A stretch of 64,000 nucleotides of DNA from Diadema antillarum (lineage: Eukaryota): the NCBI RefSeq assembly GCF_040938485.1, contig NW_027271795.1, forward strand, positions 372,001 to 436,000, given 5' to 3'. The notes below the pieces were generated by a model. It was given only the letters and a program-made list of their open reading frames with translations. It ran no database searches and was not told the DNA's origin. The first letter of the stretch is position 1. Every line of letters starts with the position of its first letter. This document shows, one piece after another, positions 1 through 12,115 of the stretch. Position numbers and translations under genes: made by a program.

Positions 1-1399
1 CTATGCTACTTTGTCTTAAGCAGTGATCTAGATAAGCTCCTATAGATATAAAAGATATTGATTTTTGGCATACATTTACATGTCAGCAGATTATTGCCCA
101 AAACAAAAAGAAAATTATTTTCACACAGCATTTTGTTATTTATGCTAGAACCATATGCTGCCATGTTCAATAAACAAGGGATCATCACAGGACCATGTTG
201 GAATTTAATCTATTTGTAATAGGCCCTAGGTATATTGCAACTAAAAGGCTTTCTCTCATGTTCTTTTTTATGTTGTTGGCCTCCCTTGAAGGAGAATATG
301 CCGTTTTCCTGCAAATCTGCACAAAACATACTGTGTTTATTGTATAATCATTGTAAAAATATCATTCTAACATCTATAGGCCATTCAGTATGATCTTATA
401 ATGCTAAAGAGAACTCATGCTATATAAGCTGTTTGGCAACTTATGTAAATGATTGGTAAATCTTGGAATTAAGTCATTTTGTTGTACACAATATTTTCTA
501 TAGTTTCATGTTCCTTTATTGTAAACATTCCATAAGATTATCATGGAGCTATAATCTCCTCTACTACTTGATAGCACATACACCTCTTGTCTACTACCAA
601 TTCCCAGGTCATTAACAAGCAGCAGCAATCCATTCCACACTTGCTAGACAGATTATATAATGAGGTTCAAGCCATCTTAACAATTTAGTCACAGATGATC
701 TAAAAAATAGAACCTGTAATGAGAATCTTCACTTTTGTCCTTCAGTCTCAACACTAGTGGATCACAGACATATTTTTCTCTTCTTGCCATTACTTACTGG
801 GAAAACTTACTCAAATTTGCAACCCACATGATAAAAAAAATGAAAATGTGTGATGTGGTGATTTAGAATGAATAACACTTGAGCTAGGAGTATGAAGAGA
901 ATCTTACACATAAAGGTCTGTGCATGTACAGGCTGGAAAAACACTTCTACTTGTAATATAATCAATATAAGAAAGAAGAGGATACCAGAAACAACCTTCA
1001 AGTGAAAAAGATAAATTAAGATGTAAGTGTGGGATAATACTTTTCATTTCTGATCATTGCATTCCTTCTAAAACAAATCTTCATGATAAAACCTTCAAAC
1101 TGATAGTCAACTACTTTATTTTTTGGTGGAATAAGCAAATTTCATAATTTGTCATTTGCTAAAACCACTGAATTTAACATTCTTTTACCTCACTAAGGCC
1201 ATATAGATATAGGGAAGAACAGACTGATCACATGGAAAAAGAGTGCATACTTTTTCTGAAGATATCTAATGCTTTTTTTTCTGCTCTGATTCAGTAGTTC
1301 ACTTAAACCAAGAAGATGGCCAATTTTATTCCTTTCATGCATTTGTGAACCCTATCTGCTTTTTGCCCATTTGCCATTTTCATGTCGAGAAGATGATGG

Positions 1400-2020
1400 A
1401 AATGGAAACTGAGACAATAGAAAGAAGAAGGGAAAAGGATATTCTGTCTGGTCATTGGAGATCTAGGACGAGGCGAGTTATGAAAATTCATGCAGTCAAG
1501 ATGGGTTTTTGGTCTACACTACCACTTCTTGCTTGGGATGGTTGCAACTCAAGTCTTGCTGGTTGCAGAGACATCTTCGCAATGTTTCCTGGAGACCAGC
1601 TTTGTCTCCGGGGAGTTGCGAGAGAATCGAACATGTTCGATCTTATTGGAGACTTTTTCCAGTCTCCATCTGGTCTCACAGACATCTCCACCATGTCTCC
1701 TTAGTTGTGGAGTCTAACTTTGCCTGTGACATCTTTGAGACCTCTCCACGGCCTTGCACAGACCAATGGCAAACTACCCTTTGAGATGTGGAGACATTGT
1801 GGAGACATCTCAATGACTGAGAAGATGTCTTAGAGATGTCACGGCAACATCCCCACAACTTCTGGGCAAATAAGATGTCACCTTGCTTTGATACATGTAT
1901 GTCTCAAGACTTATGCCCTGGAGTTGCCTTCTTGGTAAATGCACAAGCCATTTTTTCTATACCTTTCACGCTACACAAGTTGCAGCGTCACGGTGACATC
2001 TCCTCCATTGAGATAGGCCC
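1400..2020. repeat. Unclassified repeat rich in GAGAC/GTCTC/GACATCT motifs (boundaries approximate)
   Basis: At least 15 copies of these motifs in both orientations; no terminal repeat found. Confidence 0.45.
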
Positions 2021-2847
2021 TTTATTGTCATCATGGCAGTCAGCCTTCATTTGTAGGTATTGTGCATATTTATGTAGGTATCATACATAATCATTCTTTG
2101 GTTAGTTTTCAATATTTATTTCTATGAACATATATACATGTACATGATGCGTTAATTGTTTTGCAATACAACTTCTTGCTGTGCTACAATAATTTTGCAC
2201 AGACTTTGATATGACTTTAGGCCCCCTATATACATTGTATACTTAAGTAATTCCCTCACCTTGGCACACTATTCAACACTGTAATTCTTCCAACAGTGTG
2301 TGGGTGAACACACTTTCACAAATACAGCTCAGCAGCTAACAGTGGAAGAGATCCTGATCGACTCGGTAGTTCTTTGTACAGCTGTGTCTATTAGTCTATG
2401 TCTCATTGACACAAGACTTTAGGGAAAGTCAACTACCTCTGCACATCTACCTTGGATACTCTGAGCAGTCATCAATCATGGAGGGGGGAATGAATTACGT
2501 CATTCCCAGCTTCTGTGTTCCTAATGTTCTTCTTCTTCCTGGTGAGCGACTGCAATCAACATGCTGATTATTCTGTCACTTCATCAGGTAGGTCGGCATT
2601 GCACGGTGCAGTAGATTTTGAGTTTAACAGCACTATAATTTGTTTCATTGAATAATAGATAATCCCAAGAAATAATCAAAGTTCATTGAAATAAAGAATA
2701 TAAAGAATGTTGTTTCAACTCTTGATAGTTAATCTTGGAGATGAAAGGAAAAGCAGAATGAATGGGAGAATAAAGTCCTCCTCAAGACAGGGCATTTCGA
2801 TGCCTGGAAAGGTTGATATAAAATGTGCACATGTATCTAAATATATA

Positions 2848-3422
2848 TAGTCAAACCTGCCCTAGCGACCACCTCCCTATAGTGGTCACCTGCCAAATGC
2901 AGCCACTGAAAAATCCCTCTGAGAGAAGAGCCACGTTTTAAAAAGACCCTGTGCATAGTGGCCACAAGTCTAATGCAGCCAGCAGCTACCAATATTGTTT
3001 CTCGTGGCAGATCATAAGCTGTGTATAGCAGCCATCGACTCACAGGGAGGCGCACTAGAACCAGCAATTTAGTGAGGTTTTCTGTTTGGCAGTCACGTTG
3101 GTCATGCATGGTGAACAGTTTGGTGGTCACCACTTCTGCATTAACCCACCATTAAAGAAATGAACCCATGAATAGCTTGCTTACTATATGCACACTTGTG
3201 CAAAATAATTTGTCGAATAATGGAAATATTCAATGCACAAAACACATGCATATATTGCATATATGCAAACAAGTGTCATGTAGAAGTAAGGGCTTATAGC
3301 TTGGATGTAGAGCATGCCATACACACACAAAAATGTCGGATAACTTGTCTATAGTGGCCACCTGTCTATAATGGCCACTCTTTTTGTCTCCCTTGGGTGG
3401 CAGTTACAGACAGCTTTGACTG
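2848..3422. mobile_element. Tc1/mariner (Tigger-like) MITE
   Basis: Imperfect TIR (T/C)AGTCAAA(C/G)CTG...CCACC; TA on both flanks. Confidence 0.75.
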
Positions 3423-4638
3423 TATATCATGTAATTCATTCATAGTCCAGTAGATACACAGAAATGTAGGTATTTAGATATCTTATGTGTTGGTTTCTTT
3501 ATCACCATCACTAAGACAGAGTGGTCAGCTCTGATTTTGATAAATCTCTCTCTTTTTATTTCTGCTTGATTAGGCATACATCAAATTCCAATACAAAGTG
3601 CTGCAGGGCACTGTTTGCATTGTTATCTACACACAATTTAGCAAAACCAAAAACACAACAAATGCATACGATATGATGCCTAGCTCAAAACAACTATCAC
3701 TATACAGCACAGAAAATCCCATGAGGTATACGAGTACATAAATTTTCATGGCTCGGTGAAATTAGATTATACCATAGATATCAAAACTGGCTCAGGCAGT
3801 CCATCAGATGTGAAATATAAAGCCAGACAAGACACATGACTAGAGGGTTTTTTTAGAAACCACAATTTCCTGCAAGGGACAATTAAAAAACCCAAGACAA
3901 ATCATAGTGTGCAATGAGACCAGTGTGTTGCAACCCAGTTTGGGGATTTCTACAAGGTAACTTTATATGTCATCCAGTGTGAAGATACACAATGACTGGT
4001 AACAGGTAGGAGATATTAGCAGAAAGGAGGCTCACCATGATGGTTGGAATACAATAAAAATATATTCCACATAATTAAGGTGCTTCTTATTCTCCCATAC
4101 CCAGTTCTCTTAATCAAAGTCTTATCACATTGTACCTCATCATTTCTACATCTTCATATTAGCATATTGTATACAATATTACAATATAGAATATGAGACA
4201 TGAAGAGTGCACGTGATTAACTTACTATTTCTATGTCCAAGATCTACACAGTAAAATATAAGGACTTAGCGATATATTTGGTATTTACATGCAGAAGGGT
4301 TTGGGCTTGTCAGATTACATAATTTTCTGTGCAGTGACATGTATTACAGTACGAACGGCATTGCCTTGGTTTATGTCAAATGTCAATTCCTTCTTTTCAT
4401 TGCCACAAGGCTCTTTGTCAGTCTATACAAGGCAAAGTATGATATGTTACATAATCATACCTTTGAGGACTTGTCTCCATGTGTATGCTTGTGTTTGCTC
4501 CCTCTTTATGTTTTTTTTTTCTCTCTGTTTCTTTGTCTTTACCTACAATGTTATCCTGTCGCATATTTGTCCATATAATTGCCTCAGGATATCAACTTTT
4601 ATGTTTCCTATGCAACATAGTTTCTAATTTTTTTTAAC

Positions 4639-4828
4639 AGATGATGACTTTTGTTGTCGGGAACATGTATATCAATACCAAACGTTCCACCCTCAGGGTT
4701 TGAAATGCTATTTCGGGAGGCTATAAGTCCCTCGACTTCTTCTCAGGACTTATAACCTCCCGCAATAGCATTTCAAACCCTTCTTGTGGAACATTCGGTA
4801 TGTTCCCTCCCCCCACCAGTCATCATCT
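4639..4828. mobile_element. Palindromic MITE (hairpin)
   Basis: Ends AGATGATGAC/GTCATCATCT; inner 35-bp stem GGGTTTGAAATGCTATT...TATAAGTCC with 2 mismatches. Confidence 0.75.
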
Positions 4829-5624
4829 ATATAATGCTTTCAGTCTTTTTTTTTCTCAGGTGTAAAAAAAAACCAAACATGTACATAACAAAAGATATCA
4901 AAGAGCATTGCATATTTTGCTTTCTTTTGTAAGAATTGTTAGAATTTAATCAATATAAGATAACAGTGCTTGTAGAAATGCTTTGATAATTGAAATGGTA
5001 ATAGGTGTTTTTTTTTTTTGTTTTTTTTTGGGGGGGGGGAGGGGGAACCACAAACAATAATATTGTCAGTCAATATATACTCTGTTTCCAAATCAGTTGA
5101 TATGTTTTCACACAATATCTGCTAGTTGTGGCCATTTCTTGCCTCATCTATGATCGTCACATGGTGAACACTCAGAGATTTGTAGACCACATTTAAAAAC
5201 AACATTTATGCATTTTTTCTTTCTTTGCTTTTTTTATCTCCTGGTTAAGAATGCTTAGTCATCAGAACTATGCCTGGGTTTTAAATTTTCCGATAGCAGA
5301 ACGAATGCCATATCATGGTAAATTCCAGCCCGTACAGACAAAACTAATCTTGGCATTTGGCTGCAATGGTACACATTGCTGTCTTATCAATGTTTCATAA
5401 TTGAACTTTGCATGATTGTTGCCCTCGCAGAGTATGACTACAATTTCAGCATAGCCTTTGTATGCAGACTCCTTTCCAACTATACGAGTGACTGGGTAAT
5501 CCAGGCACCTACCCCTTAGGCTCTGTCTCTGCATTATGCAACTGATGCATTCTGACAATGCAAAAAAAAATTATTTATGGAGGGATAATATCTATCATTC
5601 CAGTCAACCATTACAAATCATGTA

Positions 5625-5833
5625 CTGTAAAAGTGGAAATTTTTGCGGTGTTGAAATTTTCGTGCATTTTGCACAACCAGAAACTAGCGCAAAGATAAAA
5701 GCATGCAAATATTTTTGCATGCCATGTGTTTCTGTAGTTGATGTCTTGATTCCACAGAATTAAAAACATGTGAAACTCATCTTACCCAGCCGAGCGCAAA
5801 AAATTTCTCATGCAAAAATATCCACTTTTACAG
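5625..5833. mobile_element. 209-bp TA-flanked MITE, CTGTAAAAGTGGA family (copy A)
   Basis: 13-bp TIR CTGTAAAAGTGGA, TA duplication; colinear with the reverse complement of 25665-25873. Confidence 0.85.
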
Positions 5834-6463
5834 TAACATGTAAAAACTGCATCTTCAGAGATGTTTTTGTCATTAAGGGCTACTAAGACAAATCCTCATT
5901 TGGTGATTATGTAGTGGAACTGCATTTGACTGATGGCTTCAAATGACAAGTGTTGGGCAAGAGGGCCATTAAAGAATATAAAAATCATACTGGACAAACT
6001 CTGCACAAATATCACTAATTGTCAAATGACTGCAACCAGTGTCTGGAGCCACAGACTAATCTTGAGTGGTGTCTTACAGTCAATGCCAACCAAGTGCTGC
6101 TGATACAGTTTCATATGACAGATAGTGTATTAACCCATCAAATGCCAAGGCGAGAAAAGAGACAGAGTATACCTTACTGCATGGTTAATTAACACCACTG
6201 ATCTTTACGTAAGACATACTCTGCGTGTTTTATACTCATTAGTCCAACCTTCAAGCAGACGAATGATGTATGATTTTTATACAGTGTGTGCGTCAATGTG
6301 GGCCATAAGGTGTATAATATGTCTACTATGTGTACGAGCCAACATTATGTACGAAGCAATGCCTGCATTGAGCTTGTGAATAGCAACCCTGATCAACAAA
6401 CAGTTTTAATTTTGTGTTGATGCTGAAAAGTCATCTGACCTTTCCCTGATTTTGTAATATATA

Positions 6464-7804
6464 CCGTAAAGTTCCGTGTATAAGACGCACTATTTTTTCG
6501 TCGGAAAACGTTGAAAATCGGGGGTGCGTCGTATACACGGGTACAGTCGAATCACGGAAAAAAATCCGTCATGTACACCCAATTTTATAAGGCCAACTTG
6601 GGGCCATGTATGCCCATCGACGTTTGGAAGGTAAGCAATCACTAGAACTTACGGATAAAAGAGCGATCTTTCAATCTGGACACACACAAAAGCTGCAAAT
6701 ACGAGATAAACTTACATCGGCCTTGTGCAGTAACGATGTATCAATCTGGCCATAGACAACAGCTGTACACTATACAGCACTGCTGTATGCTACCGATGTC
6801 AGTCTACCAAGCTACCAACAGCCAACCTAGTAGCTGGAATACGCGATGTACAGGTATCATTACTAAATTACCGATACCGTAAAACTTATCAATGTACTAG
6901 TATCAATATGGCCATAGACAAAAGCTGTAAAATACGGAGTAGGATCGACACTATGTCACCGTAAATATGAACGATGTGTGAAGCATGCATGCATATCCAT
7001 GTCGTTCGTTTGCTCTTCATTTCACGAGTGCAAGACCAGCTAGGATAGCATAGCTACACTGTGCTGTAGCTAGCTAGCTAGCTAGCTAGCAAGCCTTTGG
7101 CAAAGGCAGCAGCTGCATGTTTATGCAGAGAGGCTTTTGCAATGGACTCGCGTGCACACAGCGATCGGATCGAAGCGCGCTTGCCCGTTGCGCGCTGTGT
7201 GTGCAAGTCCATTGCTCTCTGTGTGCTTGTGCTGAAATTATAGCGAGCTGCCTTTTGCAAAAGGCTAGCACTGTGCATACAAGCATGGTACAAGAGACAC
7301 ACATGTTACTGGTAACAGTGCATGAGTGTAATTACCGTACGCACCGTACGTCTTGCCGTATGATCCCTCTGCTACACTTGTTGATGTTTTTCTTATTTTT
7401 CGTAATGAACCTTCCACTCTGACATGCGTCAATATGCGAGACACCCTCTGCTATGTATGACAGCAAAGATCGTACTGTTACTCATGAGTATGATATGCAT
7501 GACACATATACCACGATTGAAAGGCGAAACAAATAGCTAGTGAGTACCGAGACAAGTCTCGCATTTTGCGTCTTCCATATTTTGTTGATATCCGATGAAT
7601 ACCGTTAAAAGAAAATATAAAAGGAAACGAAAAATAGAGCATATACATGCTGCATTCTAGGGAAATATTGAGCTGAAATAATATGTAGGACACACGCAAT
7701 ATTTGCGTGGACATTTTCGTGTTTTTTTTTTCTTTTATAATTTTAGGTCCGAAATTAGGGGTGCGTCTTATACACGGGTGCGTCTTATACACGGAACTTT
7801 ACGG
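6464..7804. mobile_element. 1341-bp non-autonomous Tc1/mariner (pogo/Tigger-like) element
   Basis: Perfect 27-bp TIR CCGTAAAGTTCCGTGTATAAGACGCAC, TA duplication, subterminal GGGGTGCGTC(G/T)TATACACGG copies; no transposase ORF. Confidence 0.9.
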
Positions 7805-8772
7805 TATATAACCATAAAGGGAATCCTAAAGTAAATGAACTTACTGCTTGTAGGAACTGGATGGGCCATGTGCTACCCAGGTAAGTCTATGTATGGAGGC
7901 TTATCTTTTGGAGTACAGGTTGATATTTTCGGAAACCTGTCACAGCTGGGGTGCATAATGCCTATGGCAAGAGATAGCTAAATGATAATCCACTTATGGC
8001 ATTTTCTGACACAATTCTTTTAAAATAAGCATGTGCATTATAGTCAAATTGTACACTACACTAGCTACTTGTGAAGTTGTCAAGAATTATGTGTACATTC
8101 TATTAACTAAGTCAGACAACCAATTGTGGCATTATGGTATTTTGAACTAGACTCTTTTAGCAGAATTTTATCTGTAGATAATCAATTGCATTTAGTATTT
8201 ACGATGCACATGCAGTGATATCATTAGCAATATCTGGGCAAAGCACTTCAAGTGATACCTCTCCAAATTGGCAAATTTTATGCTGGTATCCTGTATACTG
8301 CATGTACATTATTCTTAATTCGCAGGATCAGGTGTAAGAATCCTTGAACATAAAGCAAACAGCTAAAACATCCCTCTGTCCTCAAACTCTAAGTGTAGAA
8401 TGTTTAGAATAATAGCCATCATCGACTGTCAGCATCTTTTCTACAACTCTTTAATCTCAACTTATGAACAATTTTTTCAATTTTTAACTATATTTGGTAC
8501 TTATGATTTTAAAAAATCAAGCAGACAGAAATTTCCTATTGCAGCACAGTAGACTATAGTAGCTGCACTACAGAAATATACCTAGTACCATTTTCATCAT
8601 TTACAGCTACATAAGCTTACTTTCATGAAAGCCCTATAGATCATAATTCTTAATTGTTTCATTTGGCACATTAGTATCATGTTCAACATGTTTATCTATA
8701 ATTGTCTTGTAGGTGCTTTATTTAAGATGAGATGAAAATAGAAAAGATGATAACTCAAAATCAGCATAATAA

Positions 8773-8947
8773 TGTTTGTTTGTTATCATTTCCATCTGAG
8801 AAGATGGCTGGATAGCCCATATTCAGCTACGTTAAGCTGGTCTTCCATGGGGTCCAGTTGGATTTGAGGTGGGACCATGTTCACCGGGTTAAACACCCTG
8901 CGCTTTACGATGAATGAATGAAGCGGGATCTTTTACGTGCATGAGTT
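8773..8947 (-). mobile_element. 5'-truncated SINE with an L2-type 3' tail and (AAAC)n end
   Basis: Minus strand reads GCACGTAAAAGATCCC (recalled as a SINE central-domain motif), then GGACCCCATGGAAGACCAG...CTGAATATGGGCTATCCAG, ending ACAAACAAACA. Confidence 0.6.
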
Positions 8948-11900
8948 AAATGTAAAGGAGATGAATCAGCCGCAAAGCATATCTACATGCTGAAGTGTTT
9001 TTATATCTACAGATGTTTATATAGACCAACTTCCCTCTTTTTCACTGCCTCAAATTAACTCCCTTCCTCCCCCCGCCCCCTCAAAAAACCCACACATCTC
9101 ATATTATAATTAGTGCTATCTTTGCTTTATCAGTGGTTCATCAGGTGATTAAAAGTACAAAAGATGAAAGAGCAATCACATGACCTCAAGAATGAAAATT
9201 TGCACTCCTGAGTATATTTTGAGGGGGACAGAATTGATGAATACACCCTCTGTTCACCACCATAAATGATAATGTAGTTTCATTTTAACCTTATCTGATG
9301 GTGAGACTAGACTTTGTTTATTAAGTGGTCATGACTCTCAGATAAGCTCCCTACGGTGGCAATATCTGATAGCGGAAGTCATGTATTGTCTACCATAATT
9401 CATATACCACCTTGTCAATCATATTTACAGTACAAGTCTTCATAGAATCTTTTCTCTATAAAAGCTTCTCATGACCCATCTGCAAATCATATGCTATTAC
9501 TTTCATGTACTTCAAATTGCATGTTATGATCCCTATTTTGTTCACTACATATGTATGTACTCTTGTCCTTCCTATTTTAGCATTTTTAATCTAAATAATA
9601 TCTACAATCATATCAAATTTTCATGTATCATTTGTATCTTTCATGATTACGGGAAAATGAAAATGAAATGTATCTTTATATTGAATTAAATTGAATGCAT
9701 CATTTTGTGCAGCACCACCAGGACTCAACTTTATTCTCAGTGGCACATACAGTGTACAAATGCTTAACCACAAAAACCTGGGACAATTTGCTACAGAAAT
9801 GCTCATATGGCACATATTTAATTGGTAATTCTCAATCTTACTGTGTATCCTGCAGTAGTATATATCAGGACAAAGAGTTGTTGGGACTGATTACAGTCAT
9901 TTATTGGCACAAAATTAGAAAAATGAACAAAAATCCTACAGCTGCAAATAAACAGTGGTATATGACCAAAATAGGGCTCAAATGAAAGAAAAGTTTTCAT
10001 TCCGTACTTTATAAAGATAGAAAATGAATGACAATTTTTTAAATTTTTTACAAGAAGACACAGTGAGACTTATCGAATCACAGACACGTGGTTTCTTGGA
10101 CTTTATGTGTTACAGTATTGTCATCTTTTGTCCCGCACTCAGCACACATTAACACAACACTACATACTCAGAGCACTTACCTACAGAATACATATTCTCC
10201 GGTGATCATGGAAGGTCTAATGCAACGATGAAATGAACCTTAATGGGCATCATAATTGATTTGATTGCTTACATATCAGTTAATCACATTATTGAATTCA
10301 GGGGGCAAAATTTGCACATAGCTGACAAAGTCATTGAGAGCGGAGCCTCTGGATAGCTGCCGCTACAGAAGGGAAAATTAGCAATAAACTACATGATGCA
10401 CAATGGATATAGCGTATGGGTGGTCAATGGTGCATTACTTTACTTTCCGAGAACCTCGCCTCCCGCGCTCACCAAATGAAAAATGGAGAGTGGGGGGGGG
10501 GGGGGGGAGGGGAGGAGGCCGTGTATCATATGGCAAATTGCATGTCTTTTATCAGTCGTGATGATTGGTAACGATAGCTTGCTTATTGGAAAATCTTCGG
10601 AGCTGCTTTGCGCAGATCCATGCTATGCGGGCATCATATTGAACGATGAATATAGTATTGTCTGTGTCCTATGTGCCGACTAATACCCTGGTGTAAAGTC
10701 CTCTGGATTTTCTGGCAATGATGGGAAGCCATTGTGAGCTTGTGTGAGCGGGGTGGCATAAATGCACAGGCATTTCACAGCAAAGATTTGTTTGTCAGCT
10801 CCCGTTTTCTACTTCAACAATCTTTGACAAAAAGGAGACAGCATTACCAGAAAAACCTCTTTACCTAAAGAGAACATTAAATATTGCCCTCTATGCAATA
10901 TTGTAAATATTGTGATAGGGGTAAAATGATATGATGGGGGGAAAAAAAAGAATAATAAATGACTCATGTTTTCTCTTCAATCTTTGCGCAAGAAAGAACA
11001 GAAGCAAGACATTTCAAAATTTCAACAGATACAAATGCCCAAAGGAGAATTCCTAAAAATCTTTGACTCTTGCAATATATCAAAATGAAGCAATCATGCC
11101 CGTGCAACATATTTACAATTCACTATGGTCTATTAATCTCTATTTGCATTAAAAAAAAAAAGAGAGTATAGAGGCTCCTGGAGAGTAAACATTCGAACAA
11201 AGATGTTTATTCTCCACATATATCACAGTTGTCTACAACGTAGTAATTTGCCAGCTCACATAAATTAAGAAATATATGATAAAACCTGTTTCTGCAGGTG
11301 TACATACAAGTCATGCCCCTCTCTCAACAAGAATGGTAAATTGTAGTAGTCTGACACATCTTTTCAGCTGTGGCTCCTCCTCCCTCTCTACCACTCTTCC
11401 TCTTTCTACTATCCCTCCCCTTTCTCTACCCCATATCTTTAGCCTACCCCTTTCCCTCCTTAAAAACCAAATAAAATTGCTCTAATAAGGAAACTGAGCC
11501 TCCATTCGAGTCACCCCCCAACGTACCACATATAGTTGCACCTCATGATGTATGCATATCACAGTAAGCAAAGATTTCCTGTTAGTCTTCATTAAAACAA
11601 CAAACATAACTATTGCAGGGATCAAAAGAGGAAGTAATCATATTTTTTTTCTTCTTTTCTTCAGAACAAATGTGGTCTACCACAAATATATTTGGACAAT
11701 GTAATTTCTCCTTTAAACTGCAATAATGACTTGCAAATATACAATTTTACTTGCACTGTACTTAATATTGGCTATCATTTCACCATCTGTAAAGTTTTGA
11801 TGTTGTGAAATCATTTTGAAATTCCTAAGCAGTCTTGTATGATGCAATATTTCAAAATATATATTTATTTTTAAAGAATATGGTGTGAATGCCAAAGAAT

Positions 11901-12030
11901 CTCAGAGAAATGGAACAGATTATGACAGCAAATTTAATTTTGCAACAAAATCATCTTTAAAAAGGTTATAGGCCTAATGGGGCTTTAAATGTGATTGATT
12001 AAGGAAAGAAGGGATTTATTCCTATCTTAA

Positions 12031-12115
12031 CCCGTTGAAGACGGACTGATTTTGCTGCAACACGCATTTCCCATAGACACCTGCCCGAGTATACTCGGGG
12101 ACTCATCCTCAATGG
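12031..12115. mobile_element. 85-bp piggyBac-type MITE
   Basis: TTAA|CCC(G/A)TTGA...TCAATGGG|TTAA; internal palindrome CCCGAGTATACTCGGG at 12084-12099. Confidence 0.8.

Noticed and set aside
1345-1784. Overlapping 75-119 aa ORFs
   Set aside because: They sit on the motif-rich repeat, with no recognisable domain or splice support.
8773-8947. Possible hammerhead ribozyme/retrozyme in the repeat
   Set aside because: No correctly arranged CUGANGA...GAAA core found by eye; a SINE with an L2-type tail fits better.
9695-9985. 96-aa ORF with a C..GTY......C..C pattern resembling Cys-rich repeats
   Set aside because: A single weak motif in otherwise non-protein-like sequence; only the 9797-9824 piece is kept as a candidate micro-exon.
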